In this document: positions 49,488 to 62,179 of the stretch, piece after piece | Layout of the letters: every line of letters starts with the position of its first letter | How positions within the stretch are numbered: position 1 is the stretch's first letter | NCBI GenBank assembly: GCA_004431415.1 | Contig: QPMI01000578.1 | Span: 1-64,000 of the forward strand | Source of the DNA: Cyanophora paradoxa CCMP329 | Lineage: Eukaryota; Plantae; Glaucophyta | Direction of reading: 5' to 3' | Length of the DNA: 64,000 nucleotides | Notes under the pieces: generated by a model | The model's input: only the letters and a program-made list of their open reading frames with translations | Told to the model about the DNA's origin: nothing | Database searches by the model: none | Program-made: the position numbers and the translations under genes

Positions 49488-50916
49488 CCGTGCCGCCCCT
49501 CACGCCGGCCCCGCCGGCCCCGCCCTGCACGTCCTCGCGTGGGCCGCCGCCTCGGCCGCCGCCGGGCGCCTGCCCGTGGGGCACGGGCGGGACCCGGACG
49601 GGCCGCCCCGTACCCCCCCGGGGGACCCCGACCCAGGGGGGGAGCGACGGCCGGGGGGGGAGGAGGGGGGGGTTGCTTGGGCCCGGCTGGCCCCGCGGGG
49701 GGAGGCGTAGCTCTAGATCTAGCAGCCGAGATCACCATGCAGCTGATGCGCAATTGCAAGAATCGAACCGAATTCGATCGCGAATTTCGAATTTCGAATT
49801 GAGAATTGATTAATAACGCGAGGCGCAGCACGAGTCAGTGCCCGCTGCCCCGCTGGGAGCTTGGGGTCCCATGCCAGCGGGGGGACCCCATACGACTACT
49901 CTAGATTTCCGTACAATTTACACACACGTGCACGTGCACTAAAGTGCACGCACACTCATTTACATGACTGGCTACGGGAAGCTGCATCTTCAGATCTTAA
50001 CGAGACGGATTATGCATGCGCACACACACCAATAACTGCAAAGCACGCCACCACGAATAACTCAATGCGAAAATCAAGCTCGAGCCCCGCGGCCGGCCGC
50101 AGGCCTCCCTACATTGCGACCCTACACTTTCTTCCGAGGCTCGAGAAAATGCGAATCCAAATTCGAACCTACACTGTGACACGACTCGGAAAACGCGGCG
50201 CGGCCGCAGGCCTAGGGCCTCCAAGATCCAGCCGCCGCGGTCCCTGGTCCTATCGATCGTTGTCCAAGCTTATGTGCAAGGTCCGAGCGCATAGCCGCCC
50301 TAGTGCGAAAAACACGACTCCAAAGAAACGTAAAGAAAAACATACTAGCTGTGAATATCTGAATACGAGATGAGATGGAGACATGTACGAAGACCGATCC
50401 ATTATAATTAGCCAAACTCTCTAAATGATAAGTTACAAGGCTTTGAAGCTTAAGCCTCCGATCCGGGAGAGGCTCAGTCGCTGGTCGTAAACGGCCCAGC
50501 TTCATTATCGCCTCTAACTCTAAGCTATAATGAATCCGAACAGCGAGCAAAATTCTACAAGGACAGATTACTGCGAATGCAGTCCTGGATGAGAAATAGG
50601 AGAAAAATGGAGCCGACGAACCGGCTGACAGACGCCGACCGGTACCGGGGCGACTCCGGGATTGAGCAATGTACATGAATTTGCAAGGCGTGGGAGGAGG
50701 AAATTTCTAATGTACGAGAGTTCTACACACTTTAAAGAAGAAGAAGAAGATAAAGGAGTTGATCGATTGTACAAAATGCAAAATACTATGTGTGGTGGGA
50801 AAGGTCGAACGCCCGGCCTTGGTCATGAGCTTAGGCCTTGGCCCGGCCGCGGCCCGGCGGCGGCCGCGGCCTCCAATTTGCCGTGGCGCGCGCTGTGACT
50901 TGGTGACAGCCCGGTC

Positions 50917-53900
50917 CTACATGAAGCTCGTGATGTCGACGTCGCTGTCGTCGACGTGGACGGGCGAGGAGCGTCCGCAGACGCCGACGCCGAAGAGCGA
51001 GGGGGTACCCAGGGCCAGGGCGGGCGCGTCCAGGCCGACGTGCTCGTGCCCGTGGTCGGGCGGCGCGAGGAGGCTCTGCGCGCGCGCGCGCGCCGCGGTC
51101 CCCGTCAGATCGAATCGCATCGCGAGGGCAAGCTTACGCCGTCCGGATCGAATTCGAGGGCGAATTCGATCCGGAAGCCATCCAGATCAAATTCGCGCAC
51201 CGAGAGGAGGAGGCTCTCGGAAGAGGCGTGGTGGGAGTGGGCGGCGGCGGCGGGCGGGAGGGCCGAGGTCAGGCCGTGGGCCCAGGGCGCGCCCGGCTGC
51301 GGGGCCGCGCCGTGGGCGCCGGCGTCGAGGAACTGGGAGAGCTCCCGCGTCACGGCGTCGCGGATCAAATCTCGGAGCAGGTCGGACTGCAGGTTCGAGG
51401 CGGGGCCGGCGCCCACGCCCGGCGCCGCGTAGCCGAGCGGCGGGGCGGGGCCGGCGCCGCGGCCGGCCGGCGGGTCCTCCGCCGCCCGCTTGCGGACGGC
51501 CTGCACGGCAGCGATGACGGGGTGCGGGGCCGGCGCCGGCGCCGGCGCGGGCGGGTTGGCACTGGATGCGGAGGAGACGGGCGGGAGGCGGCACGCGGCC
51601 GGCTCGCGGTCGAGCGGCTCGGGCTCGGGCCCGCTGGCGGGCGAGGGCGTCGAGCGGCTGCGCGGGCTGCCGCTCGCGCTGCTGCAGACGCCGCGGGGCG
51701 GGCGCGGGGCGGCGGCGGCCGGCGGCGGGCTCGTCGTGTGCGGGTTCGCGAGGCTGAAGCGGTACCCGATGACGTTATCCTGCGAGCGGTGGGAAAAGGA
51801 GCGTCGGCGGACAGAAATCGACAGATCAGAAGACTCCACGTGTGGATCGAATTTAAAAATGATTCGGGCTCCGAGGCTCGGGGGGCTTAGCCTATATTTA
51901 GTTAACGTTGACGTGGGGGCACCTGAAGGGCGGCCATGTGGGACTCGAACCACGCGAAGCGCCCCGCGATCTGCAAGCGCGCGCTGTTAGCGCGGCAGCT
52001 CGAGCGGGAAGACTGTTCTGGGACGAGCTAGAGGGGGGAGCTGCAGCCCAAGGAGGGCGGCCCCCCGGGCCCTGATTACAAATAGTTATGATTATGATTA
52101 CAATCTTCTAATAAGCAGTCGACGGCTTATAATTATTCATAAGCTTCCATAAAAGCTCGGAGCTTCCACAAATTAAGTTCGAAGAGTGTGCGCGCCTGCT
52201 CGGGGCGGAGGTTGGAGAGGGTGTGGCGCTCGACGACGGCGCGGAACCAGCGGTCGTCCTCCTCCACCTCCTTCGCCAGGCACGCCGCCTCCTCCAGCAG
52301 CACTGCGGCCAGCGCGGGGGAGGGGGAGGGGGAGCGGCCCATGGCCATGATCAGGGGGAAATTGAAGTGGAGATAACTCGCGATACGTCTGGATCAAAAT
52401 CTGAATTTAGAGCATAGGCGGGGAAATTTAAATGTCGTTTAGATGTCGTTCGTAGGCTGAGTTCCTAGCCTTTAAATTCCCGTAGGCTCAGCGGCTTATA
52501 TATACATCTAGGGTTCTTAAAAGCTTGAGATCTAAATGCGGGTTGGCGCACGGCGGAGGCGCCGCTTGTTGTCGAGGGCGCGCAGGTACCGCTCCTCGTT
52601 CCCCTCGTACCACTCCAGGGTCGCCTGCGCCGAAAATTTTAAAGGGCGACGTCAGCGGGATGAATGAGTGGGCTTCAAGCTGCCAATTTATAACGTTAAC
52701 GCCAAGCAGTCGATTTCATGGAAGCTTAGCTTGTAACTAATCATTCAAAATTGCGACATGTGCGCGGACCTGGACCTGCTCCTTGGTGACGGGGCAGGGG
52801 CGGAAGCGCTTCCCCTTGTATAGGCGGAAAATGTCCCGCATGATACCCTCCTTCGGCTCTGCGCGCGGCGCCGGCGCCGCTTTCTCAGTCAGCTGCAGCC
52901 CCGACCCTCGCGAAACGAGAAGAGCCTCGGAGGCGACGCGGGCGAACCGACGCCCTCGCGCATTAGCTCCATCCAGTTGCTCATGACCCACATATGTATC
53001 TGGCGTGCCCGTGTAAGCTCCATGATATTTTCGCGGCTTTTCCTTCATAGATAGCGCCAGCGTACCTCGCCGTAGGCGATGGGGGGTATGACGTGGGGCA
53101 AATCCTTGATGAGCTGCGGGCGCGCGTCATAATTTCCCTACAGCGCGCGTGCACGTTGGGCCGCTGGCGTACCTGGGTCACGGTAGTGTACGCTTGGGCC
53201 TTAGCTGCGGGACGGGCGCGCGCGCGCGAGCGGCGCCGGCGCCAGCGTCAGCGACGCGTGCGACGGCCCGGCGGAGTCGACTGCGACGTCTGATGGGCGT
53301 GGACGGACCGTTGAGGGCGCGCTCGATGTTGGGGGCGAGGGCGTCCGGCAGGCCCCTCACCAGGTGCTCCACGGCCGTCTTCTGCGCGGCGGGCGGGCGG
53401 GTGGGCGGGCGGGCGGGCGGGCGCGTGTCAAGGCTGGCCATGGCCATGGGGGTCCTCAGAGCTCGAGCCTTTGGCGGGGCGTGGCCCGGGGCGCTCGAAC
53501 CAGGGCGGAGTGCATGTCGCTGATCGACTCGGTGACGTCGAAATGGGTGCTCGCCAATTTCTTCCGCAAAACGTCCATTTCCTGCCGGCGTCGGCGTCGA
53601 CGTCCCGTGTCAGGAGGGCGGCGCGGGCCAGACCGGGCTCACGGCTCACGTCTTTGAGCAGCGCATTCTCCTCCGCCAGGGCCCTCTCACACGCCTGCCG
53701 GGGGAGTCCGCGGCCGGGTTAACGATTCGGCGAGTCCCAGTGACCAATTCGAGGGACGTCGACGGCTCCAGAATAGTTAAACGCGATATATATATATTTA
53801 TACTGCGGCCGTATACGTTTACAGCCCTACGTTTACGCAAGCACCTTCTTCTTTTCTCTGAAGCGCCTGGATGCCTCGCGGTTCCGCACTTTCTTGTCGT

Positions 53901-53961
53901 CGGCGCGCCCGCTGTTGGCGCTCTCGTAACCATCCATGTCCATTTCGTATCCGGGCGCCAT
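50917..53961 (-). CDS. bZIP-domain protein, paralogue A (multi-exon)
   Basis: KKVRNREASRRFREKK|ACERALAEENALLK basic/zipper region. Downstream blocks (AVEHL..LPDALAPNIERAL, LIKD..H..P.IAY, EVEEDDRW, LRPEQ, D.VIGYRF, DLLRDLIRDAVTRE) are shared with paralogue B. Confidence 0.7.
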
Positions 53962-54898
53962 GTCGCCGTCCACCGCAAAAACCCGCCTACAAATTTGTTG
54001 GCTCTCTCTCTGCACTTCAAGGCCCAGGCTTAGGGCGTTTTATACGTGGACGGTGGACTTCAAAATCGCCCAGCGCCGCGGGCAGTACGCCGCAGGGCCT
54101 TTGTCCCGTTTGAGCTTTGAAAGCGCACTGCCGGGCGCGGGCGGCTGGCCTGGCTGCAGCTGCCGAAGTACGGCTGCAGTTAAACTCCGGATCGGATCGG
54201 CGGGGACAGCTCGCCTACGCCGTGACGGGCTGCTGGGCGCGCGCGCGCGTACGGCAGCGAGGGTAGTACTTCTCGGCGAACACCGCGCGTGAGGCGCGCG
54301 GGAGGGCGAAGCTAGTGCTGCGGCGACGGGTGCGCTGAGCTCGAAATCGGAAGCTGCGGCCGGCTGCGGCGACGGGCGCGCTGAGCTACCGTAGTACAGT
54401 CGGCGTGTCAGTCGCACATGAGCGAACTGTCTCAGTGTGCATGGTCACCATGGTGGCCGGCGCGCCGACTCGCCGCCGAGTCGCCGCCGACTCGGCGACT
54501 CGGAGGCGGCACGCCGCCGTGACACGACAGCTGCAGCCGCGCGCTCAGGAGCCTCAGGCCCCGGAGCGCGATGGGATTGAAATATATATTGTGGGCTCGA
54601 ATCCGTCGGAGTCCAATATATGATATCTCCAGCCAGCCGTTAGCTAAATATTAATATTAATAGGCCGTTGACTCACGCGAGCTCGACAATGGAGGATTTC
54701 AACTGGCCGCGAATTCACGATCACGTGCATGGTCGGATGATCATGATGGACCGGAGTCACCGCCGACGTCGACTCACCGGACCATTGTAAGTTACTAAGT
54801 TACTAAGCTTAAGTTACGTACTAGTACAGTAGTAGTACTACGGTTACTTAGTACGGTATACTGTAAACTTTGAAACTTGGTCATGAAACGTACGTATA

Positions 54899-55137
54899 CG
54901 AATATCCGCCCGCGTTTAAATTTGACTATATTCGACAGACCCTCGCGCTGGCGAATATTTGATGCTGGCGAATTGAGCCTTTGTATGGAAAAAGGGGTAC
55001 GGGTGGCTGACCCGTCTATGGCGAGGGTCGCGGGGTGGCGAAATCAAGACGCTGGCGGACTCCGGGACTACTCGTAACTTGGTAACTTCTGACAGGATTT
55101 TCGGGTTTTGGCGAAATAAAGTGCTGGCGGATATTCG
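54899..55137. mobile_element. Probable Tc1/mariner-type MITE
   Basis: TA|CGAATATCCGCC ... GGCGGATATTCG|TA inverted termini. Confidence 0.55.
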
Positions 55138-56449
55138 TACTCCGATTCGCGATCGCGAGTCGCGAGTCTCGCGACTACTAGTACTGTAATTTCCGAGCAT
55201 GCGCAGAATTTGCGTTTCGCCGCTTTAATTAAATTTCGCGCGCGGCGCTATAGCTAGCAACTGCAACTGTTATACTATGATAATTACTTGATCATCGGAT
55301 CATGATTGTCCGACGGTCAGTGTCGATTAAATGAAAACAGCAGGTTATTTGTCTTCTAGATCTTCTTCTTCAAATTTAAAGCTTCAAGGCTTCGAATTCC
55401 GAGGCTTCCGACTCTTAAGAGCCTCGGAGTCTAAGTTCCGAGGACCGTCGGACCGAAGTTCGTGCTCTTCAAGGCTTGTCTTCACTGAGTCAATTCGTTG
55501 GACCGCACGGTGACCGTCGGACACCCGGGCAGCGGCGGGCACCCTGCAGGCTGCAGCGGCAGTGCAGCCTGCAGGCTGCAGCCTGCAGCCTGCAGCCTGC
55601 AGGGTGCCCGCCGCAGCGGCGCCGCTGCCCGGCCCGGCCCGGCGGCCCGGCCGGCGGCCAGACTCTGAGAGTCTGCCAGGCCCAGAGACTGTGGCCGCAC
55701 TGGCCGGTAACTCACAAAAAAAACACTTGATGGCAAATATGAATTGATAAGAACCTCCGCGGCGAGTCCGGACTCCGGATCCGTGCCACGGTGCGAGGCT
55801 CTGCGGAGTTCCGAGCGTTAACTGACGTTTCGAAGTCAGACTCAGTGCGTCAAGGTAAGTTCGAGTTACGATGCCGTTTGAGCGCCGGTTCGCGACCAAG
55901 AGTCCCAAAAAAGCTCGTACGTATACCCGGGCCCCCCTACGTATACTACCCCCATACAAACGTTAACTTACTACCCCCATACAAACGTTAACTTAGCTAT
56001 AGCTACCGGAGGATCGGATCGATATCCCGGCCCCCGGCCCGGAGCCTCGGGGTCCGGCCGCGGGGAGGACCACGCTCCAGTTGATCATGAGGCCCCTGCA
56101 TGCATATATATGTGAGGCTGCATGATCATGATAAGTGAGCTCGAGCTCCATCACCGGTACCGCGGCGCTAGGCCTATTCTTAGACTAGCAGACCGCGCCC
56201 GGCCCAGTGCAAGAGCAGCAAGTGCGGGCCGCGCGCGGAGGTGCAAGGGGGGGTACTTCTACACATTCCAGGGTACGGGGGGGGGGGGCAGAGAGCAAGG
56301 CAGGCGGGAGGGAGAGGCGGGCGGGGTGGCGAGGCGGGCGGGGGGGGTGGCCCAGTGGCGGGGCGGACGGATGGGGTGGCGAGGTGGGCGGCGGCAGCAG
56401 GCTGGCGGGCAGGCGAGGGCGGCGGCGGGCAGGAGAGCGGGAGGAAAGA

Positions 56450-56970
56450 CAGGTGGGACCTGACCCTGCGCATAGCCTGCACATACGCAGAGCCGAGGCG
56501 TCAGCTCGCCCCAGACAGCGGCCGTGCGGGGGCGGGGCCCAGCGGCGGCGGCCGCGCGGCCGGGCCAGGTGCGGTAGCAGCGGCGGGGCGAACCCGGAGT
56601 CGACGAAGCTGAGGCAGCGGGGGGGGGGGGGGGGGGGGGGGGGGCGGGGGGGCGGCGGGCGAGGAAGCGGGCGGAGCGGCAGGTGGCGCCGGGCCCTGCG
56701 CATAGCCTGCGCAGAGCCCGGCGCGAGGCGTCAGCTCGCCCCGGAGAGCCTCGGCGCGGAGGCGAGGCCCAGCGGGGACGGCCGGGTAAGGTGCGCAGCA
56801 GCAGCGGCGGGGCGAACCTGGAGTCGACGAAGCTGAGGCAGCGGGCGGGGCGGAGGACGAGGAAGCGGGCGGAGCGGCAGGTGGCGCCGGGCCCTGCGCA
56901 TAGCCTGCGAAGCTTAAGAGCCGAGGCGTCAGCTCGCCCCGGACAGCCGCGGCGCGGGGGCGGGGCCTAG
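56450..56970. repeat. Diverged tandem repeat, ~200-230 bp unit, about 2.5 copies
   Basis: CCCTGCGCATAGCCTGC...CGAGGCGTCAGCTCGCCCC at 56464, 56694 and 56892; GGAGTCGACGAAGCTGAGGCAGCGGG occurs twice. Confidence 0.75.
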
Positions 56971-58567
56971 CCCGGCGCTGCGTACTAGGAGCAGCTGCGA
57001 ATACTGCGACGCCGCCACCCTCTGCTACGGGGCCAACGCGTACGGCGTGGCCCGAGCTCGAGGCCGCAGCCGGAGAAGTGGGCGCGCGAGGCTGAAAAGA
57101 AGATGCGCAAGAGGAGCTGTTCGACATGGCTTCTGTGCGCGCTCTGCTCGGGATTGCCGGGCGGCATGCGAGCTCACCTTTCGTCCGAGCCGAGCTTGAT
57201 TGCAGCCGGGCGGCGGGCGCGGGGCAGTCATGATCATCACTCGGCCAAGCGACGCGCACCGGAAAGCGGCGTCGCGGGCGCCTTCTTCCTTCCTGCCGAG
57301 TGAAGTGCTTCCCGCAAGCGAGTGCATTTGCCGCCCGGATGGCAGCCGCGTGGGTCGGAGCAAGGTCGCGAGCTAGAGCAGAGCTGAACTTCGCTTGCTG
57401 CTAGGTTCAGAGGCAGCAGGGCTCCGCCGGACGGCGTCATGCGTGCTACGTTGTGGTACCCAAGACACGCGCCATTCCCCCCTGCAGCTGCTCGAGTCTC
57501 GATGCGCCTCCAACTCTCAGGAGCGCTTTTTTCCGGCGCCCGGTACAACAGGTACTCGAGGCGGCCTAGCGCGCCGCGCGCCGCTCCCCGAGCCCGGGCA
57601 TGTATGACAGAAGTCGGCCTTGGGGAAAGGAGAGGCCCTTAGGTCTGTGCGTATCTTGTGGCAAACTTCAAATTGATTTTATAGACAAAATTTTTGGACC
57701 TAGGTACCCATTTTCGACCCTAGGGAGCACGATGGCGGCGCTACTTTTCAAATGTGACACCTCTAACAAGCACTAACAGCACGTACGAACGAAATTGTTC
57801 GCGTGAAGCCCGATCGCCATTGGCCGAAAAGCTCAATCGCCCCATTCACGGACAAGCGCAAATGTCATTGGCTTCCAGCTTGCTTCCCCTTCGCCGATGG
57901 AAATTGCAAAAAGCCTCTGTACCCGGCTGGTAGGCTGGAGTCACCGCGGCCTTGCACGTGACTGAGCCGCGCGCGTCACGCGTCGCTTCGCTCAGCTGAG
58001 AGTCACTGCGCATGCAGCTGATATCGATATACGCGTACGTATACGAGACCGCCACGCGCGCGGCGCGCGCGGCGTGGCGCACCGTGGCGCCGGCACGAAT
58101 CGCTGGCGCTAGCTAGACCAAGCTAGCTATAGAAGCTACGTATACTAGGGGGCGTAGTCCTCTCCGGGCTCAACAGCTGCAGCAGTATATATATATAATA
58201 ACCGCGCGCGGTTGCGGGCCCCCGCGGCCGTACGCGTTTTAAAAACAAAGAGCGGCCACCCTCACGCCTTGAGTCCCCAAGACCCAAGGCCACTCCTGCT
58301 CCGCAGGGACTCGCTTGTTGTAGAGCGCATCGAGAGCATTCAGGAGCACGTGGTCCGGCGCATATAGCGATAGCAGGTGAGGAGCGAGCTCGACATGTTT
58401 GCGCAGCCCCGCCCCTGCATTTTTTTCCGCCGCTCGCAGCGGCTACGATGCGATCACACCTATACGAGAGCGCATGCAAAGAATCTCATCTTACAAAAAT
58501 TGCTAACACAGAAAGTACGCCGCACCAACTCACCAGGGGAGCAAGGGAGGGGGTACCCCCCCCTTGC

Positions 58568-58688
58568 AATGAATTCGCACACACCGAGACAAATGGCTAG
58601 AGATATAACTGAGGTGTCCATCTGTGTCAAGTCGAGAGATGAACCTACGGGACTAAGCCTTTCGGACATCGGACCGGGCGGAGCTCGG
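58568..58688. repeat. Dispersed repeat, copy 2
   Basis: Near-identical to 14826-14946, same orientation. Confidence 0.85.
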
Positions 58689-58942
58689 TGGCGCTAGGCC
58701 TATAGCTAGGCCTAGGGGAACCTCGAACGCGAAATTAAAGGAAACGTCGACGTCAACGTTAACGTACGCGTAAGAACAATTCGTATTCTTCAAAAAAGGC
58801 TTCGCTTTTGCAAGCTTCAGGGGGATACTGCTACATGCATATGAACATCGCGATCGAATCGTTGTGAGCTAGAAGAGTATGCATACGTACATGTACCTAG
58901 CCTGTACATGTCGTGCAAATATTCTAGTGATCATGATCGATA

Positions 58943-61501
58943 TCAGCCCCACTGCCGCTCGGGGTACGGGGGTCCCATGGCCAATGTGGAAAGCTGAGAG
59001 TCGGGGTACAACCCAAAGGCTTGGCCGTGCGGGGGCGAGAGCGGCGGCACGAAAGAGGGGGAGAAAAGCAGGGCCTCGTCCAGGGTAGGGATAGCCGGGG
59101 GGTGCGGGGGTAGGGGATCTTGGGAGGGGAGCTCGAGGGGGCCGCCAGGCGCCGCGGCCGGCTGCATCCCCAGAGGCGCGCCCGGGGGGGCGAAAGCACT
59201 GTCCGGAGCAGACGTGGGCCACGGCTGGCCATGGCTCGGATGGAGTGTACCCCCGAGCGGCTCCGGGGGCGGAATGGGAGCGTCCGCGCTCGCCCCGACG
59301 GGGGGGTACAGCCTGTACATCCCCGGGGGGGGAGCGGCGGCGCCCGGGCCCGGGCCGACCACGTCGAGAGAGTGCATCCCCTGCAGCGGCGACTGGAAGA
59401 AGTGCGAAAGCTGCGGGGTACGGCGTCAGCCAGAAAAAAAGCGTAAGAGGGGCGGGGTTACGGCGCGCCTCGCGCGTGACAGCCTCGCGGATCAAATCGC
59501 GGAGCACATCGGGGGGTACGCCGGCCCCGGGGGGCGCCGGGGCGGGGGCGGGAGCGGCGGCGGGGCCGCGGGGCTGGGCGGGGGCGGGCACGGACGGGCC
59601 CGGACCCTCCGCCGTCCTCTTGCGCGGGGCGGGAGCCGCGGGCGGGGCAGAGCCCCGTGGGCGGGCGGAAGGGGGCGGAGGGGAGGGCGCCGCGGTCGAC
59701 GGGGTTGGCGATTGCACCGGAGGCGGCGCCGGGATTGGGGCAGATGGCTCCGGGCTATGGGTGGGGTTTGCGGGCGGAGGGGAGCTGTTCTTAGGGGAGC
59801 CCACGGCCAGGGGGGGACGGCGCGTCCATGACGTCGAATCGGTACCCCACTACGCGGTCCTGCGATCGGCGGGCGCATCAGCGTACCCCGGATGCCGGAG
59901 GAAGGGGGTAAGGGCGCGCACCTGGAGCTCGGGGAGGAATTTGTCTATCCAGGCGACCCGGCCCGCGACCTGTACCCCGGCGCAGTGGCCGGCCGCGTCG
60001 GGCGGGCGGCGCGTCTTCAACACGATGCTCGGCGGGGGCCGCAGGCGGACACCTGTTCAGGCCGCAGGGTCCGCAGTGAGAATGGCTCGAAAGTGTGGGT
60101 GAACCTGCGCCGGTTCGATTCGGCACGGGGTACGGGGTACGGTTCGCGGGGTACGGGGTACGGGGGGTACCACGCGTCGTCCGCCTCCACCTCTGCCGCT
60201 ATGACCTGCCCCCAGGGGGGTGAGATGCAGGGATGGGGAGAAGAGAAACGGGGGGAAAGGAAGAGAAACGGGGGGGGAGGGGGGGGGGGGGAAGGGGGGG
60301 AGGGGAAGGGCGCACCGCCGCCTCCTGGAGGAGAACTGAGGGGGGTACGGTTAATAGAGAACGTGCGCGGCTTTCGGGGAACGGGCGCCGCACGGCGCAG
60401 CCTCCGTCGCCGGTCGATCAGCTGCGCCGCCGTTGGGGGCGGCGGGCGCGACGAGACGGTGCGCGTGGGGGTGGGGAGTACTCGCACCTGCTTGTAGCGC
60501 TCCCGGTGGGTACTGAAGAAGTTTCTCAGCTCCGCTATTTGCTCGGGCGTCGCCCTATTCTGTCCGGGGGTCGTCGCCGTGCTGGGGGGCGGGGGGAGGG
60601 GCGGGGGGTACGCCGCGCCTTATCGCCCGGCTTGCCCCATATGTGGTAGATCTCTTTCAGAAGGGGGTCCTCGGGTTCAGCTGCGGCCGGGGATCGAGCC
60701 TGGGTACTGGGTTTTTAGCGATCGGGGCGGCGCACGGAGACCCGGGGCTGTTATGTCGAGCCACGTGAGCATACCCTGGCTTAGAGTTAGGGGGGCGTGG
60801 CGGAGGGGGGGTACGGGCGGCGCGCACCCAGACGCGTATCTCTGAGTAGGCTAGCGCGGGGCACGTGTGCTTGATGTCCTTGATCAGCTCTGCGCTCGCT
60901 CGGCCTCGCCGCGTCAGCGCCGCGACGCGCCAGGTAGACGGGTACACGCACGCGTCGCCATTGCAGCCGCGTACTTGGGCACTGCCCGCGGTCGTTCAGC
61001 GGCGGCGCCGGCGCCGGCGCCGGCGGGGCGCCAGCCCCGCGACGCACTGGAGAGGGCGCGCTGGAGGTTGGGCAGGAGCGCGCCAGGGACGCTCTGCTTG
61101 AGGTTCTCCACGGCCGCTTTCTGCGGGGCGACCGTCAGACTTCTCGTTAAGCGTTCGGGCCGAGCGCGGCGCAGCGCGCGGCGCGCGGCGCTGGCACCGC
61201 GGCAGCGTTGACGTCGCTCATCACCGCCGGGACGTTGATGCTCGTGCTAGCGAGTCTCTTCCTCAGAGTCTCCATTTCCTAAGCCCGGGCGGGGCTCTGT
61301 GGTGCGATCCTGGGGAGCGCGGCGACGGGCGGGCGAGCGCACCTCCTTCAGCTTGGTGTTCTCCACCGCCAGCGCCCGCTCTTGCTCCTTCTTGCGCTCT
61401 CGGAAGCGACGTGACGCTTCCCGGTTGCGCTCCCGATGCTGCGGCCGCGCTTCATCATCTGGCTGGCCATTGCCCGTATCCGAATCCGTCGTGTCGCGCA
61501 T
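58943..61501 (-). CDS. bZIP-domain protein, paralogue B (multi-exon)
   Basis: RERNREASRRFRERKKEQERALAVENTKLKE|EMETLRKRL; AVENL..VPGALLPNLQRAL, LIKDIKHTCPALAY, EVEADDAW, LRPEQ, DRVVGYRF, DVLRDLIREAVTRE|LSHFF; Pro-rich tail. Confidence 0.72.
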
Positions 61502-62179
61502 GGCTGCAGCCCCCTGGACCGGAGGCGGTAGGATCGAGGATCAGATCGGCGACTCGGGCCACTCGGCGACCCGCCGCTGCGCCGCCTGAAATCGGATAAG
61601 ATCGGCGACTCGCCGCGGCCGATTGTGGGCGCGGGCCGGGGCGATCGCCGCCGTCCAGCGCGGATTCTGTAGCTACAGCTGCCTGCTCGGGCCGCTAAGC
61701 GCGCCCTTGGTTGCTTCGCAAAAGCACGAACAACGTCCGTATACCCCCTCACGCGGGAGGGGGGGGGGGGTGCGGAATCGAAGGGTCGCCGCGCCGCCGC
61801 CGCTGCCAGCGCGTCGGCGGCGTAGCGCGTACACTCATACGTACGTACGAATAGCGCATCGCCTGCCCAGTGGCGAGCTGCTCCGCGGCAGCGCTACTCA
61901 CTAGTACTGATCATGAGTACTAGCATGCGCGCAGCTGCATGCCGCAGTGCAGCTAGCCTGCGGGCAGGCGTCGCGGCCGGCCCTGCGGCGCACGCCGCCG
62001 GTCCCCGAGCTCGAGGCAGAGGCCCGGATTCGTATACGCTGCAGCTGCAGGCCGCCGGCCGCCGGCCGCTGTAGCTCTCGATTAATTACGAATACGACGT
62101 CGACAACGTGCACTTCAGACGGGCGCAAGTATACTCCAAGCATGATATTAAGTTTATATTAATGAAAGTACTATCATGA

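Noticed and set aside
50340-50795. AT-richer tract with (GAA)n and TACTATGTGT resembling the viral terminus or a LINE tail
   Set aside because: Only about 10 nt match the TIR; no partner repeat or recognisable RT motifs.
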